A stretch of DNA of 64,000 nt, from NCBI GenBank assembly GCA_951406725.2, contig OX597816.1:44516001-44580000 (forward strand). Direction: 5' to 3'. Shown here piece by piece: positions 13,453 through 25,846 of the stretch (position 1 is the stretch's first letter; each line of letters starts with the position of its first letter). A program made the position numbers and the translations under genes. The notes below the pieces were generated by a model. It ran no database searches, was not told where the DNA came from, and saw nothing but the letters and a program-made list of their open reading frames with translations. This DNA comes from Octopus vulgaris (lineage: Eukaryota).

Positions 13453-15414
13453 ATCTTTGTCATTTACAAAATAATTTTCCAGATTTTTTTTCAATCTCCA
13501 TTATATTTAGTTACATATACTGAAGGGTGAACCTTTCTAGTTAGTTTATTTTAACCTGTGGTTACATAACATGTTTTTACTCCCGTTCTACATACTTTGT
13601 TTCATGATACCGTTATACATAAATGACATAACACCGTTGTGAAATTATACCTGAACCATCATAATTCCTGTTCTAAGCTGATGTTTGTGAGCGTTGTTAT
13701 TCAAGAGGAAGTTTGCGAACAACGCAGATCTTTCGTCTGCTTGCTTTCCATAAAGGTAGCAACGGAGATTTCAATGAGAAGCATGTCACTTTTCCAACAA
13801 CATATATATTTTATCACTTCTTCCCTTATTTTATCGCTACTTTACTTACTTTATGGCTATTTCCCTTACTTCATTAAATGTCTGCTATGATATTATTAGT
13901 ATTGTGATTTAAGGTTTAATGCATTGGCATATTTTCAGAAATATTCATATTACTTCAAGGTATTCATAGAACTTAAGCAATTGTGATTGAATTTTTATTC
14001 TTCTATAGACCGCTCCGCAGGGAAACGAATAATTGTATCACTAAATCACAAGATGTGGGCGCTCTATATGTGTATGTATGTTTGCACGTATATATCTATA
14101 CATATGTATGTATATACGTACACAAGTACGTATGTATATATGCATGTATATATGTATAAATGTATAAATGGGGGTATGTATAGATGTATGCATGTATGTA
14201 TGTATATGTAATGTGAATCAAGTTGACGGGATATTTCTAGATTACGATTTATTGCGGTTTCATCTGGCGATTTATCAAATTCATAATAAAGAGTACTTGT
14301 AAAAATATTGCTTATATAACGTCAGATTTGGTGAGTGGGGGTGAATAGAATTTTATATATTAGATAGTGCTGAATGGAAACTGAACAAAAAACGATGGAA
14401 GAAATTTACTACTTCACGAAATAGGACATCTCTGAATTTTTAAGAGTGTTAAAATATTTATAATATATACAGTAAAATGAAATAAAACAAATGAACAAAA
14501 TAAGACTAACATTTAAAAACATATTAAGATAGAATTATATGGAAGTATACGAGGAGTGAAGAAACAAATATATAAATATTTAGATAACTTAAATGAAAAA
14601 TTGTCTTGAAATCTTTATTGAAACGTGCCTTTGGGTTTTACAGAAAATTTTTTCAGATAGTAGTCACTTTTATGAATTAGTCAATATAAATTATAATCGA
14701 TAGTTACTTCCTCGTTTATTTAAACTGAAACATTTGGTGCAGTAAAGTTGGTCACATTTTTAATAATTTAATTGGTTATTTCAGTTATAAAGCGAGCGGG
14801 TTTGAAACGGAGGTGTTTTCCATACGGATAAATATAATGGATTGATAGTGAAGCTTAAGATTTAAATTCTAATTTTATAATAGATGAATACTTACATGAA
14901 GAGTTCAAAATTGAATAAAGGCTACAAATCTTTACTTTATTTGAATGGATTAAGCTACACATTCTCGACTTATTTAATTGTAAAACAAATTGAATGTTCT
15001 AGGATTAAAATAATCAAACTATACTAAAATATATAGCAAAAAATTAAGATGAATAATGCCTTGCGGGTACATGGCTATTATATCGAGAAGCACGTGTTGA
15101 TATGCACTTGGCGTTCTGTTGCAAAGTTTCTAATTTGATAAGTACATTATGCGTTCTGAGGTGACGAACGTTACATTCGAGAGAGGATTTGATTTGTCAA
15201 ATTAGTTATAAATCATCTAGTCTGAGAATTGTCACGTTAAATAAATATAAACGTGCATGATGTTATGATAATGCTTTCCTTTAAAATTGAAATTTACAGG
15301 CCTTTAAAGATTCATCAAATTAAAAGTACATGCGACAGAAATCAGATTTATAGTAGAAGTTTCGACCTGACGATTAGTAATGTAATAGACAGAAAGAGAT
15401 ATGTGTACAGGCAT

Positions 15415-15705
15415 CTCACTCTCTCTCTCTCTCCCTCTCTCTTTCTGTCTATTTTTCTATTTCTATATCTATCTATGTATGAATCTATCTTTCTATTTAT
15501 CTATCTATCTATCTATCTATCGATCTGTCTATCGATCTTTCTATCCATCTATCCATCTATCTATCTATATATCTATGAATCTATCTATTTATTTCTCTAT
15601 CTATCTATGTATGAATCTATCTATCCACCTAACTATCTATCTATCTATCTATCTATCTTTCTATCAGTCTATCTGGCTGTCTATGTGTCTGTCTATCCCT
15701 CTATT

Positions 15706-15736
<31 letters not shown>

Positions 15737-15738
15737 CC

Positions 15739-15796
<58 letters not shown>

Positions 15797-15800
15797 ATAT
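15415..15800. repeat. Degenerate (CTAT)n microsatellite block
   Basis: Direct reading. Confidence 0.9.
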
Positions 15801-16037
15801 ATATATACCAATTAAGGACTGAACACGAAAAGTGGACAGTCAACATGCTAGATATAGACGTCAAATCGCCATTCTCCACAAAAAGTCTATGTTCTCAGAT
15901 CAAACTCAACACAAAACTGGTTTTGTGTTGAGTTTGATCTGAGAACATAGACTTTTTGTGGAGAATGGCGATTTGACGTCTATATCTAGCATGTTGACTG
16001 TCCACTTTTCGTGTTCAGTCCTTAATTGGTATATATA
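15800..16037. repeat. Perfect palindrome, 118-bp arms with a 2-nt (TG) centre
   Basis: 15800-15917 is the reverse complement of 15920-16037. Confidence 0.95.
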
Positions 16038-16118
16038 AATATTTTAATCTTCGGATTCTTTCTTTAATATGCTAGACCACTGGTTCTAATTGATAAATAT
16101 CAATTTTTACCCTAAATT

Positions 16119-16212
<94 letters not shown>

Positions 16213-16802
16213 ATGTGTGTATGCATGGATGTAGGTATGTATCTATCTTTCTCTCTATCTATCTCCCCATCTCTCCCTATATACACACGTTTAGATGTAT
16301 ACAATAATACATGTGTGCACGTACGCGCGTCTGTGTATGTGAGTGTTTGTGCGTGTGTGGGCGTGCGTATGTGTGAGTATTGTAGGGAAAATGAAATAGA
16401 TTATTTTATGCCTAGAATACCGTATAACATTACGAATACTATAACATTTAGAAATTTAAAATATGGTAGATTTTATTCATCACGGGATGTGTATTTAATA
16501 ATTAAGAAGCCTGTTACCGTTCAGACTGTACGTCATAGTTAATATTCTTCAGGCCATGTATACAGTTAGAGTTTAGTAATTGGCAATAATTCATCTTATT
16601 TTGCTGATCGGATAAAACATAGAATTTAGTTATATTCGATAATGATTGGAAAAAATTTGGTTATGTAGAAAAGAAAAGTTTTATAGTGTGCTTATTTTTT
16701 TTAAAGAATGTTAACACTTGTATTTTGGGGGAATGAATGTCCGGGGAGTTAAAGGACGTTTTTGGACACATGCTTAAATACTTTTTAGATTGAGGGTCAT
16801 AT

Positions 16803-17082
16803 TGGTTTCAAAATTTTATTCAAGGCCAGCAATTTTGGAGGAGGAGTAAGTGGTTTACATCAACACGAGTACCCAAGTGATACTTATTTTCTATACCCCG
16901 AAACGATGAAAAGCAGAGTCAGCCATTGCAGAATTTGAACTCACAGTGTGGAGATAGTCAAAATGTGGAAATAACATTTTGTCCAGTTGACCTCTGTGGA
17001 ATTTGAACTCAGAAGGTAAAGACGGACGAAATGCCGCTAAGCATTTTCGTCCGGCGTGCTAACGATTCGCTAACTTGCCACT
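16803..17082 (-). mobile_element. SINE family B, degenerate dimeric copy
   Basis: Two degenerate GAATTTGAACTCA blocks and the GACGAAATGCCGCTAAGCATT..CGGCGTGCTAACGATT head region. Confidence 0.7.
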
Positions 17083-17498
17083 TTAATTTGAGGGTTATAT
17101 TAGGTTACATTTTCTCTTACTAATTTGGCTTTTGTGACCACACGACCAATTTGTTATATATTTCGCCACATGGTCATAGTTCGTCGATTTCAGATTCTTA
17201 CACAGGTCAGCGAGTTGTATCTTTGAGTAACTCACTTTACTTTACACCGCTCCAGTCTACTCAGCCATAAATGTGCACCCGCTGTAAAATCTTGGATAAC
17301 CGTCGGTCAAAGTGAAGGTCAGGAGGAAAGGTAGAATTACTCTCGAGTAAATAAGCATTTATAACAAGTAGCGACTGCATGCTATGTCGGCCGTGAGTGG
17401 CGTAGCTCTACGTTACTTCGTACTGAATTGGTTTTAAATGAATCTACGGTGCAAAATTTATATATATATATATATTTCTTCATTAAACGTACAATGAT

Positions 17499-17895
17499 CT
17501 TTTCTGCTCTCGGCACAAGGCCCGAAATTTTTGGGTAGGAACCAGTCGATTAGATCGACTCCAGTACGCAACTAATACTTAATTTATCGACCCTGAAAGG
17601 ATGAAAAGCAAAGTCGATCTCGGCGCAATTTCAACTCAGAACTTAGCGGCAGATGAAATACCTATTTCTTTACTACCCACAAGGGGCTAAACACACAGGG
17701 GACGAACAAGGACAGACAAACGGATCAAGTCGATTACATCAACCCCAGTGTGTAACTGGTACTTAATTTTTCGACCCCGAAAGGATGAAAGGCAAAGTTG
17801 ACCTCGGCGGAATTTGAACTCACAACGTAACGGCAGACGAAATGCCGCTAAGCATTTCGCACGGAGTACTAACCCTTCTGCCAGCTCGCCACCTT
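17499..17895 (-). mobile_element. SINE family B (tRNA-like head, GCCTTTCATCCTTTCGGGGTCGATAAA block), dimeric
   Basis: Head GGTGGCGAGCTGGCAGAA, B-box-like GAGTTCAAATTCC, and flanking TSD ATTAAAC(G/C)TACAAT. Confidence 0.9.
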
Positions 17896-18088
17896 ATTAA
17901 ACCTACAATATCATAAGACGAATCAATTATATTAGCTTCGTCAGCAGATAGGTTGGATATATATAGGGAGATATTTTTGATGACATTACGGAAAATAATA
18001 CAAAAATCACTTGAAAATTGTGAATTTTATACTGTAAGGTGTGATAATGGTCTACAATTTTGAAGTAGATTGGACTGCTATTTTATAT

Positions 18089-18320
18089 ACTCTTTTACTT
18101 ACTTCAGTCATTTGACTGCGGCCATGCTGGAGCACCGCCTTTAGTCGAGAAAATCGACCCATGACTTATTATTTGTAAGCCTAGTACTTATTCTATCGGT
18201 AACTTTTGCCGAACCGCTAAGTTACGGGGACGTAAACACACCAGCATCAGTTGTCAAGCGATGTTGGAGGAGGGGACAAACACAGACACACAATCATATG
18301 CACACACACACACACATATC

Positions 18321-18382
<62 letters not shown>

Positions 18383-18558
18383 TATACATATATGCGACGG
18401 GCTTCTTTCAGTTTCCCTCTACCAAATCCACTCACAAGGCTTTTGTCGGTCCGAGGCTATAGTACAAGACACTTTCCCAAGTTGTAACACAGTGGAACTG
18501 AACCCGGAACAATGTGGTTGGTAAGCAAGCTACTTACCACACAGCCACTCCTGCGCCT
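18089..18558 (-). mobile_element. SINE family A (tRNA-derived, internal microsatellite, GTAAAAGA-type tail)
   Basis: Head TAGGCGCAGGAGTGGCTGTGTGGTAAG (A box) and GGTTCAGTTCC (B box); internal (TA)n(TG)n; 3' GCTCCAGCATGGCCGCAGTCAAATGACTGAA. Many copies occur in the window. Confidence 0.9.
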
Positions 18559-20087
18559 ATATGTAAATTTAGTTTTAAAAAACTTTGGGAAGGTACTTCT
18601 TGAATCTTTGGGTACCCTGTATGTTTAAGCTTCTAAGAATACAAGGGTTACCATCCCCATATAAATATACAAGTATATGTGAAAATGCATGTAAGCGACA
18701 GTGAAGGATATATATAACCACGACATCGCATAATGCTACCGAATCTTTTGCTCTTGTTTCTAATTCAAACGGAAAGTTTGAATATTTCGTAATCAATATA
18801 CTATTGACATAGGATAATATGCTTGTCATGGTGTATGGAATTATATCGATTCCAGAATTAATATTGGCTAAAAATGGACTTTGCTCAATTCAATGCATTC
18901 ATAGGTACTGAAATTGATAGAAAACAGTGAAGTATATCGAACACTGCAAATTTGCACTTTTATTTGTTATGTATGAATTGAAACCGTGCGATAAGTGTAT
19001 TGGAATAGTTCCAAAAGATAATTAGGAAACTGGCTTCATTTTCAGAATTATCGCTGAATGAAGTTGCTAAATATTTCAACATCATTTTTGGTTGAGCTGG
19101 CTTGGTAAGTTCTGTTGCTAAATTGATTTTATGCATATTGCGTTTATGGTCCTTAAAAGTAGCATACGTGTTTGCAACGCTTCAGGTGTTTCCACCATCG
19201 CCTCAGTTTTCCGTGAAGTTGCAACAATTTTGCTCATGTATTGATATAGAGAAGAGTTAACAGGCTAATGTTTTTTTAATTATTGATAATTGCATTGTAA
19301 AGATATTTATTGCAAGACAATGATCGATTTCGTAGATAATTTTAACGTCATCTGGAAGTAAGCATATAATTGTGTTAGCATATCTTAAGCATCTAATTCA
19401 AGTATTTCTAACGTTAGCTTATTTCTTTCTTTTAAATACATTCCCACTCATTTGAAATACATGATTTTAAGATTTTTGTAGTATTTCCTTCACTAAGGAA
19501 CATTTATTGTTTCGGAATATAAGATTTGTGTTACTGTGTTAGATATATATGGTAAAATATAATCCCACTCACTGAAATATTGCATGGCATGACCATACAT
19601 TCACATCTGTGCAATATTAGATGTAGAGCATATTCTGCGACTAGTGATGAGTTCGTTATGACCACGACTTCAGTGGTACAGTAATAATCCGTTTCTTCCT
19701 GCTCGAGATGTCGTCGAAAAATAGTGTTTAAAGATGAAGTATGCCGAAATATCATATCAATGTATAAAAGGAAGATAATTAAATTTGCCCACGGAAAACT
19801 AACTGAAATGTCAGATAGCAAATAGTGTCCACTTTATAAAAGTGTACGGTCTTTTGTTAAAAATATGAGTGTATAGCATTAATAATGGTTTCAGATTTTA
19901 GCACAAGACCAGTAGTTTTAAGGGGAAGAGGATAGTCAATTACATCAACTCTAGAACATGACTGGAATTTCATTTTATCAACCTTGAAATTATGAAAATC
20001 GGTATAACCGAATTATAACATACGATAATACAGTATGCATATAAGTGCATAAACAACACACACACACACATACACACACATATTCTA

Positions 20088-20350
20088 TCTTTTACTCTTT
20101 TACTTGTTTCAGTCATTTGACTGTAGCCATGCTGAAGCACCGCCTTTAGTCGAGCAAATCGACCCCAGGACTTATTCTTTGTAAGCCTAGAACTTATTCT
20201 ATCGGTCTTTTTGCCGAACCGCTAAGTTACGGGGACGTAAACACACCAGCATCGGTTGTCAAGCGATGTTGAGCGACAAACACAGACACACAAACATATA
20301 CACACACACATACATAAATACATACATACATACATACATACATACATACA

Positions 20351-20426
<76 letters not shown>

Positions 20427-20585
20427 CGACGGGCTTCTTTCAGTTTCCGTCTACCAAATCCACTCACAAGGCTTTGGTTGGCCCGAGGCTATAGTAGAAG
20501 ACACTTGCCCAAGGTGTCACGCAGTGGGACTGAAGCCGGAGCTAAGTGGTTCGTAAGCAAGCTACTTACCACACAGCCACTCCTA
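20088..20585 (-). mobile_element. SINE family A copy
   Basis: Colinear with 18089-18558; internal (TACA)n. Confidence 0.9.
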
Positions 20586-20599
20586 CATACATATAAATA

Positions 20600-21418
20600 G
20601 ATATGTATGCACCCAAAAATGCTATTTGATTGCTTCCTTGATCGATTGACTCACAGATTGATTCATCTCGTGGCCCAAAGACTATTTAAAGAGAAAGTCA
20701 AAGTAATCCCTTAGAAAATGTACAATAAATATGGGAAATAACCATATCTTCAGTTATATTGAAAGTATGGTTATTTTCAATATTTATCTATTTAAAGGTC
20801 CACTCTCTTCATATTCTTCAGGTTGGAAACATGACGGCCGAAACAGGTGTTATGCTTCAAACAGCTTACAAGGACGATGCCATGAGCAGAATACAAGTTC
20901 ACGAGTGGCTTTTCACGATTTAGGAATGGACTCTTATCGCTTGAAGACCAACCTCGTTCAGATCGACCGTCGACACTCCGAATAAAGGAAAACATCACGA
21001 AAATTCATGAACTGATATTGGAGGATCGTTACCGAAAAATTGACGAACTATTCGTGTCCTGGAACGAGGAATTCCGAATGAGAAGAGTTGCAGCAACTGA
21101 ATGTGTGTCGTGAACTTAAAGAACAGTTGGAATTTGATCTTACTCTCTGCGACGTTTTTTTCTTTTTTAACTCGAATGAAAAATGTCGTTAAAGGTAAGC
21201 GATTTGCAGATGTGGAAGACAAGAAAAAATTCGACAAAGTTGTTAAAAGGTATCACTACGCAAGGTTTCCAGGACTACTTCGAACAGTAGAAAACGCATC
21301 TAGACCGATGCATCGCTTCAAATTCATAATACTTTCAAGGCGATAAAAGTGTAAAATGTAAAACTAAGTGAATGAAATACTATTGCAAAATTCCGGTTTC
21401 TCTTAGGTACTCCTTGTA
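20600..21418 (+). mobile_element. Internally deleted, degenerate mariner element
   Basis: Fragments translate to AETGVMLQTAYKDDAMSRIQVHEW..EDQPRSDRPST..ILEDR and RMKNVVKGKRFADVE..FEQ..RLDRCIAS..YFQGD. There is a TIR-like 3' end TTCCGGTTTCTCTTAGGTACTCCTTGTA. Confidence 0.8.
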
Positions 21419-21499
21419 AGTACATACGTACATGTATATATATATATATATAATGAAATGGATAAATGAATTATCTTGTTACGGATTATCTTGTTACTT

Positions 21500-21579
<80 letters not shown>

Positions 21580-21708
21580 AATTAATTGCATCGCAATCAT
21601 TAACATTTATGTATTAACTTTGTTGGGTACTTCACTAGCAGTATATTGGATATATGTTATCCCATGGAGGGTTGCTTTTACAACCCCTATCTCAATTTGT
21701 ATATATAT

Positions 21709-21981
21709 AACAATTGCAGCGCGCAAGGTGTTTATAAGCCATTTAAGAAACACACAAAACCGTTAGATTCAATTCAACATTTAAATTTAATTTGTCAAAA
21801 TATTTTCGTTCACTGATAAAGCTTCGTGCTGCATCTCTTTGCCCGAAGCTTTGTCAGTGAACAGGTTGCGGTCTCAAAGCGACGAAAATATTTTTATAAA
21901 TTATAATAAATGTTGAATTGAATCTAACGGTTTTTTGTGTTTCTTAAATGGGTTATAAACACCTACCGCGCTGCAATTGTT
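21709..21981. repeat. Imperfect fold-back, ~120/140-bp arms with an 11-nt spacer, probably from a Penelope-like terminus
   Basis: AACAATTGCAGCGCG...TTCACTGATAAAGCTTCGTGC pairs with GCCCGAAGCTTTGTCAGTGAA...CGCGCTGCAATTGTT. The left arm lacks ~20 nt present in the right arm. Confidence 0.85.
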
Positions 21982-22061
21982 TCCGTTTCATTCAGCACAC
22001 GACCTCAGATCAAGTCACTCGCTATGCAAGTACTTATCCGTAATATATATATATATATATA

Positions 22062-22695
22062 TAGGGAAAATAAGACAAGTTAGAAAATGATAAAATAATT
22101 TTATCATGAAGAACATTTTGGTACCGGTTTCAGTCTTGTGACTTTTTCAATCAATTGAATTGTGGAAAACTTAAATGAAATGTTTTTTTTTAAATATTTC
22201 CATACTTTTCAAATACAAGGGACATTTTCCTGTTTTTCTGTCTGTCTCTCTTTCTCTCCCTTTCTCTTTTTTTTTTTTACTCTTGTGACGGCTTGGTAAT
22301 AGGTAGTATATAGTAACAGTCCTAAAAGAATATTTGATATGAGTTCTTGGTTTTGATTGTTTAAGCAGCAGTAGCCGCAAATATTAAAAACGATATTCAG
22401 AAGAGTAACTACCCATGAATTTATTCAGAACAATTCCAGTCATTACTATTAAAACTACAACATGTCACTTTTAAGTCACTTGACCATTTAAGAGGATTCC
22501 ACCAACATCCTACAACTGTCATGCTACTCCCATATTTTTCTTATTCTTTTTCTTCTTTTCCTATTCCTCTTCCTTCTTCTTCGCCGCCACCTACCTCGGC
22601 TACTGCTGTTTAAACAATCAGAATCAAGAACTCGTATCAAATATTATTTTAGGACTGCTACTCTCTACAACCCACCACCAAGCCTTCACAAGAAT

Positions 22696-22730
<35 letters not shown>

Positions 22731-22930
22731 GAAAAAAAAGGAAAAGGCCCGTTGTATTTGAAAACTATGAATATATTTTTGAAAAACATTTCATTTAATT
22801 TTTCCACAGTTTAATTGTGTTTCATTCTTTACTATGAGTTGAAAAAGTTGCAAAAACTGAGACCGGTACGAAAATGTCCTTCATGATAAAATTATTTTCA
22901 CAGTTTCCACATTGTCATATTTTTCTTATA
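22062..22930. repeat. Diverged inverted repeat, ~320-bp arms with ~220-bp spacer
   Basis: 22062-22378 (..TTTTATCATGAAGAACATTTTGGTACCGGT..AAGCAGCAGTAGCC) is the reverse complement of 22598-22930 (GGCTACTGCTGTTT..ACCGGTACGAAAATGTCCTTCATGATAAAA..). Confidence 0.85.
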
Positions 22931-22964
22931 CATATCAACTCGTGTGTTCCTTTTTAACCTTCCC

Positions 22965-23023
22965 AACATCGGTGGTCGGGCGATGGTGGTGGGACAAACA
23001 CAGCCTCACAAGCATATTCATAT

Positions 23024-23076
<53 letters not shown>

Positions 23077-23260
23077 TATGTCTATATATATATGTACGAC
23101 GAGCTTCTTTCAGTTTCCGTATACCAAATCCACTCACAAGGCTTTGATCGGCCCGAGGCTATAGCAGATGACACTTACCCAAGGTGCCACGGAATGGGAT
23201 TGAACCCGGAACCATGTGGTTTGTAAGTAAGCTACTTAACACAAAGCCACACCTGCGCCT
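22965..23260 (-). mobile_element. SINE family A, 5' portion
   Basis: tRNA-like head and body present; 3' part missing. Confidence 0.85.
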
Positions 23261-23687
23261 ATATATAGATAATTAATCCCCACCAAAAAAAGGTAAAAAT
23301 CGAAGAAAAAATCGTAAAAACCTTCACTAGCGTAAGCGAATATAAATATGATTTGAATGCATGGCTTCATAAAAAAATTCATCAAACTAACAAAATAGTG
23401 GAAGCAATTATTACAAATATATTCTCCAATGCTAAGTGTTCTTGTTAACCTTGTAATGGCACCTGTTCCTTTGTTTCGTTTGTAAATGACTCCAAAATAT
23501 CAAAGTCTTCTGTTTTCTTCAATAGCGTATGCTAAATGTTTACTAGTTATTTCGCAAACATTTTTCCTATTTCACTCCGAACATCTGTCATTAGATCACA
23601 TAAAATTTTGTTCAACACGTAACGATGCATGTATGAATATGTAAAGAGAATTAGAACATTACATTGTTTAACGTTTTATATTTAAGC

Positions 23688-23744
<57 letters not shown>

Positions 23745-23959
23745 TATCAAAAGGTAATGCAGAATGATCGTTTCTTGCAACTCCATTTAATTGAACAATT
23801 CAATTATTACATCAATTTAAAATGTAGAGCAACCTTCACCTGCACAAAGACATAGAAGTTAATCAAATTAGAACAGATGGACACATTAGTGTAATTATAC
23901 CTAAAATCTCCAAGAATTTAAGGAGATTTGTATGTATTGGTCCAGGAAAATAGATGGTA

Positions 23960-24578
23960 AAATGTTTTTATTTTTCCATTTCGTTCCTGTTGAATTTTAT
24001 CCCTAATTTTGTGGTTATAGAACCTAGCTGTTCTTTCTAACGTGTTGAATCCCACGAGTTGAGTCCTTATGTGTTTAAATGTACACTGTATTTTATGACT
24101 AATACACAGTCTTTGGACTAAATTTTTACACGTTAGGCCACTGGAAGTGAAAATTATAATTAATTACCATTTCCCTTTGGTATGATTAAGTATTGTAAGT
24201 ATTTTGGAGAATTTTCTGTTTTTAAAATTTTGGAATTTTTGTATTGCCTGCGAAGGGCTGCGTCTGCGCAGTAGATTTTGAATACATTAGGATGTATAAA
24301 CAAGAGGCACATAGTTTGATCGCCTCGTGTTTATACATTTAACCCAAGGTGTACCTGTTGAGGACGATTTCACCTAGCGGGTAAATGTTATTTACTTGTT
24401 AAACTAAAATCAGAAACCAATTGGTAAAGAAAAATAGAGAGTAAAATGTTTTTATTTTTTCATTTTGTAGCTTGTCGAATTTTATCTCTGATTTTGTGGT
24501 TATAGAACCTAGCTGTTCTTTCTAGCGTATTGAATCCCACGAGCAGATTCCCTATGTGATTAAACGTACACTGTATTA
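23960..24578 (+). repeat. Direct repeat of ~130 bp (23960-24092 and 24443-24578), partial-tandem structure
   Basis: Both copies contain ATTTTGTGGTTATAGAACCTAGCTGTTCTTTCTA..GAATCCCACGAG..GTACACTGTATT. Confidence 0.85.
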
Positions 24579-24619
24579 ACATATATGAACACACACACAC
24601 ACTCACACATATATATGTT

Positions 24620-24826
24620 TACTTCGTAAAAACCAGTCGCGTTTTTTTCCCTCCGTTCGCCCACATCGGGATCTTTCTTTCTTCTTTCTTCCTTCTCTTA
24701 TGTTTCCGACGAAGAGCTCCGCTCGAAACGTCATACCCTCCTTCTTCCCTTTTTCCTGAGCGCCTAATAATAATAATACTTTAATTGTTCCACGTGTTGT
24801 TGTTTTTTCTGTTTTCCCGTTTGGAT

Positions 24827-24830
<4 letters not shown>
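24620..24830 (+). mobile_element. Penelope-like terminal fragment with variant hammerhead motif (24700-24735)
   Basis: CCGACGA-A-GAGC-TCC-GCTC-GAAA-CGTC; the same family occurs inverted at 29325-29515. Confidence 0.65.
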
Positions 24831-24900
<70 letters not shown>

Positions 24901-24924
24901 CATACATACGCATATATACTTTTG

Positions 24925-25311
24925 TTCTTTTATTCTTTTATTTGTCTCAGTCATTTCACTCCGTCCATGCTGGAGCCCCACCTTTTAGACGAAATCGACC
25001 CCCCATGATTTATTCTTTATAAGCCCGGTACTTATTCTATCGGGCCTCGTTTATCGAACCGCTAAGGGGACGTAAACATACCAACATCGGTTGTCAAGCG
25101 ATAGGTGGACGGGAAAAACACAGACACAAAGATACACAAATACACTTACATACACACACACAATGCACACACACACACACACACACTTCTTTTCATTTTC
25201 CGTCTACCAAATACACTTGCAAAGCTTTGGTCGGCACGAGGTTATAGTAGAAGGCATTTTCCCAAGGTTCCACGCAAAGTGATTGGGAAGCAAGCTTCTT
25301 ACCACACAGCC
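24925..25311 (-). mobile_element. SINE family A, degenerate copy
   Basis: Colinear with other family A copies but with many substitutions. Confidence 0.85.
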
Positions 25312-25344
<33 letters not shown>

Positions 25345-25429
25345 CTCCCTCATACGTAGCCCCAGTTGAAAATGACTGGCTTGATTATTCGTTGCAAGAC
25401 TATTTGGACAAATCAAACCAATATACTCT

Positions 25430-25846
25430 CTCTTTACTCTTTTACTCTTTTACTTGTTTCAGTCATTTGACTGCGGCCATGCTGGAGCACCGCCTTTAGT
25501 CGAGCAACTCGACCCCGGGACTTATTCTTTGTAAGCCCAGTACTTATTCCATCGGTCTCTTTTACCGAACCGCTAAGTGACGGGGACGTAAACACACTAG
25601 CATCGGTTGTCAAGCAATGCCAGGGGGACAAACACAGACACACAAACATATACATGCACACATATATATATACATATATATACGACAGGCTTCTTTCAGT
25701 TTCCGTCTACCAAATCCACTCACAAGGCATTGGTCGGCCCGGGGCTATAGCAGAAGACACTTGCCCAAGATGCCACGCAGTGGGACTGAACCCGGAACCA
25801 TGTGGTTGGTTAGCAAGCTACTTACCACACAGCCACTCCTGCGCCT
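25430..25846 (-). mobile_element. SINE family A, well-preserved copy flanked by a ~115-bp direct duplication
   Basis: Intact head and tail; flanks 25312-25426 and 25860-25967 are nearly identical. Confidence 0.9.

Noticed and set aside
15253-15931. Long ORFs (189 and 176 aa) with YLSI repeats, and similar YI/CV/MYVC ORFs throughout the window
   Set aside because: They stay open only because (CTAT)n, (TA)n, (TG)n and (TATG)n lack stops in those frames.
18575-19821. Minus-strand ORFs of 84 and 96 aa in unique sequence
   Set aside because: No recognisable homology, and the intervening frames I translated contain stops.
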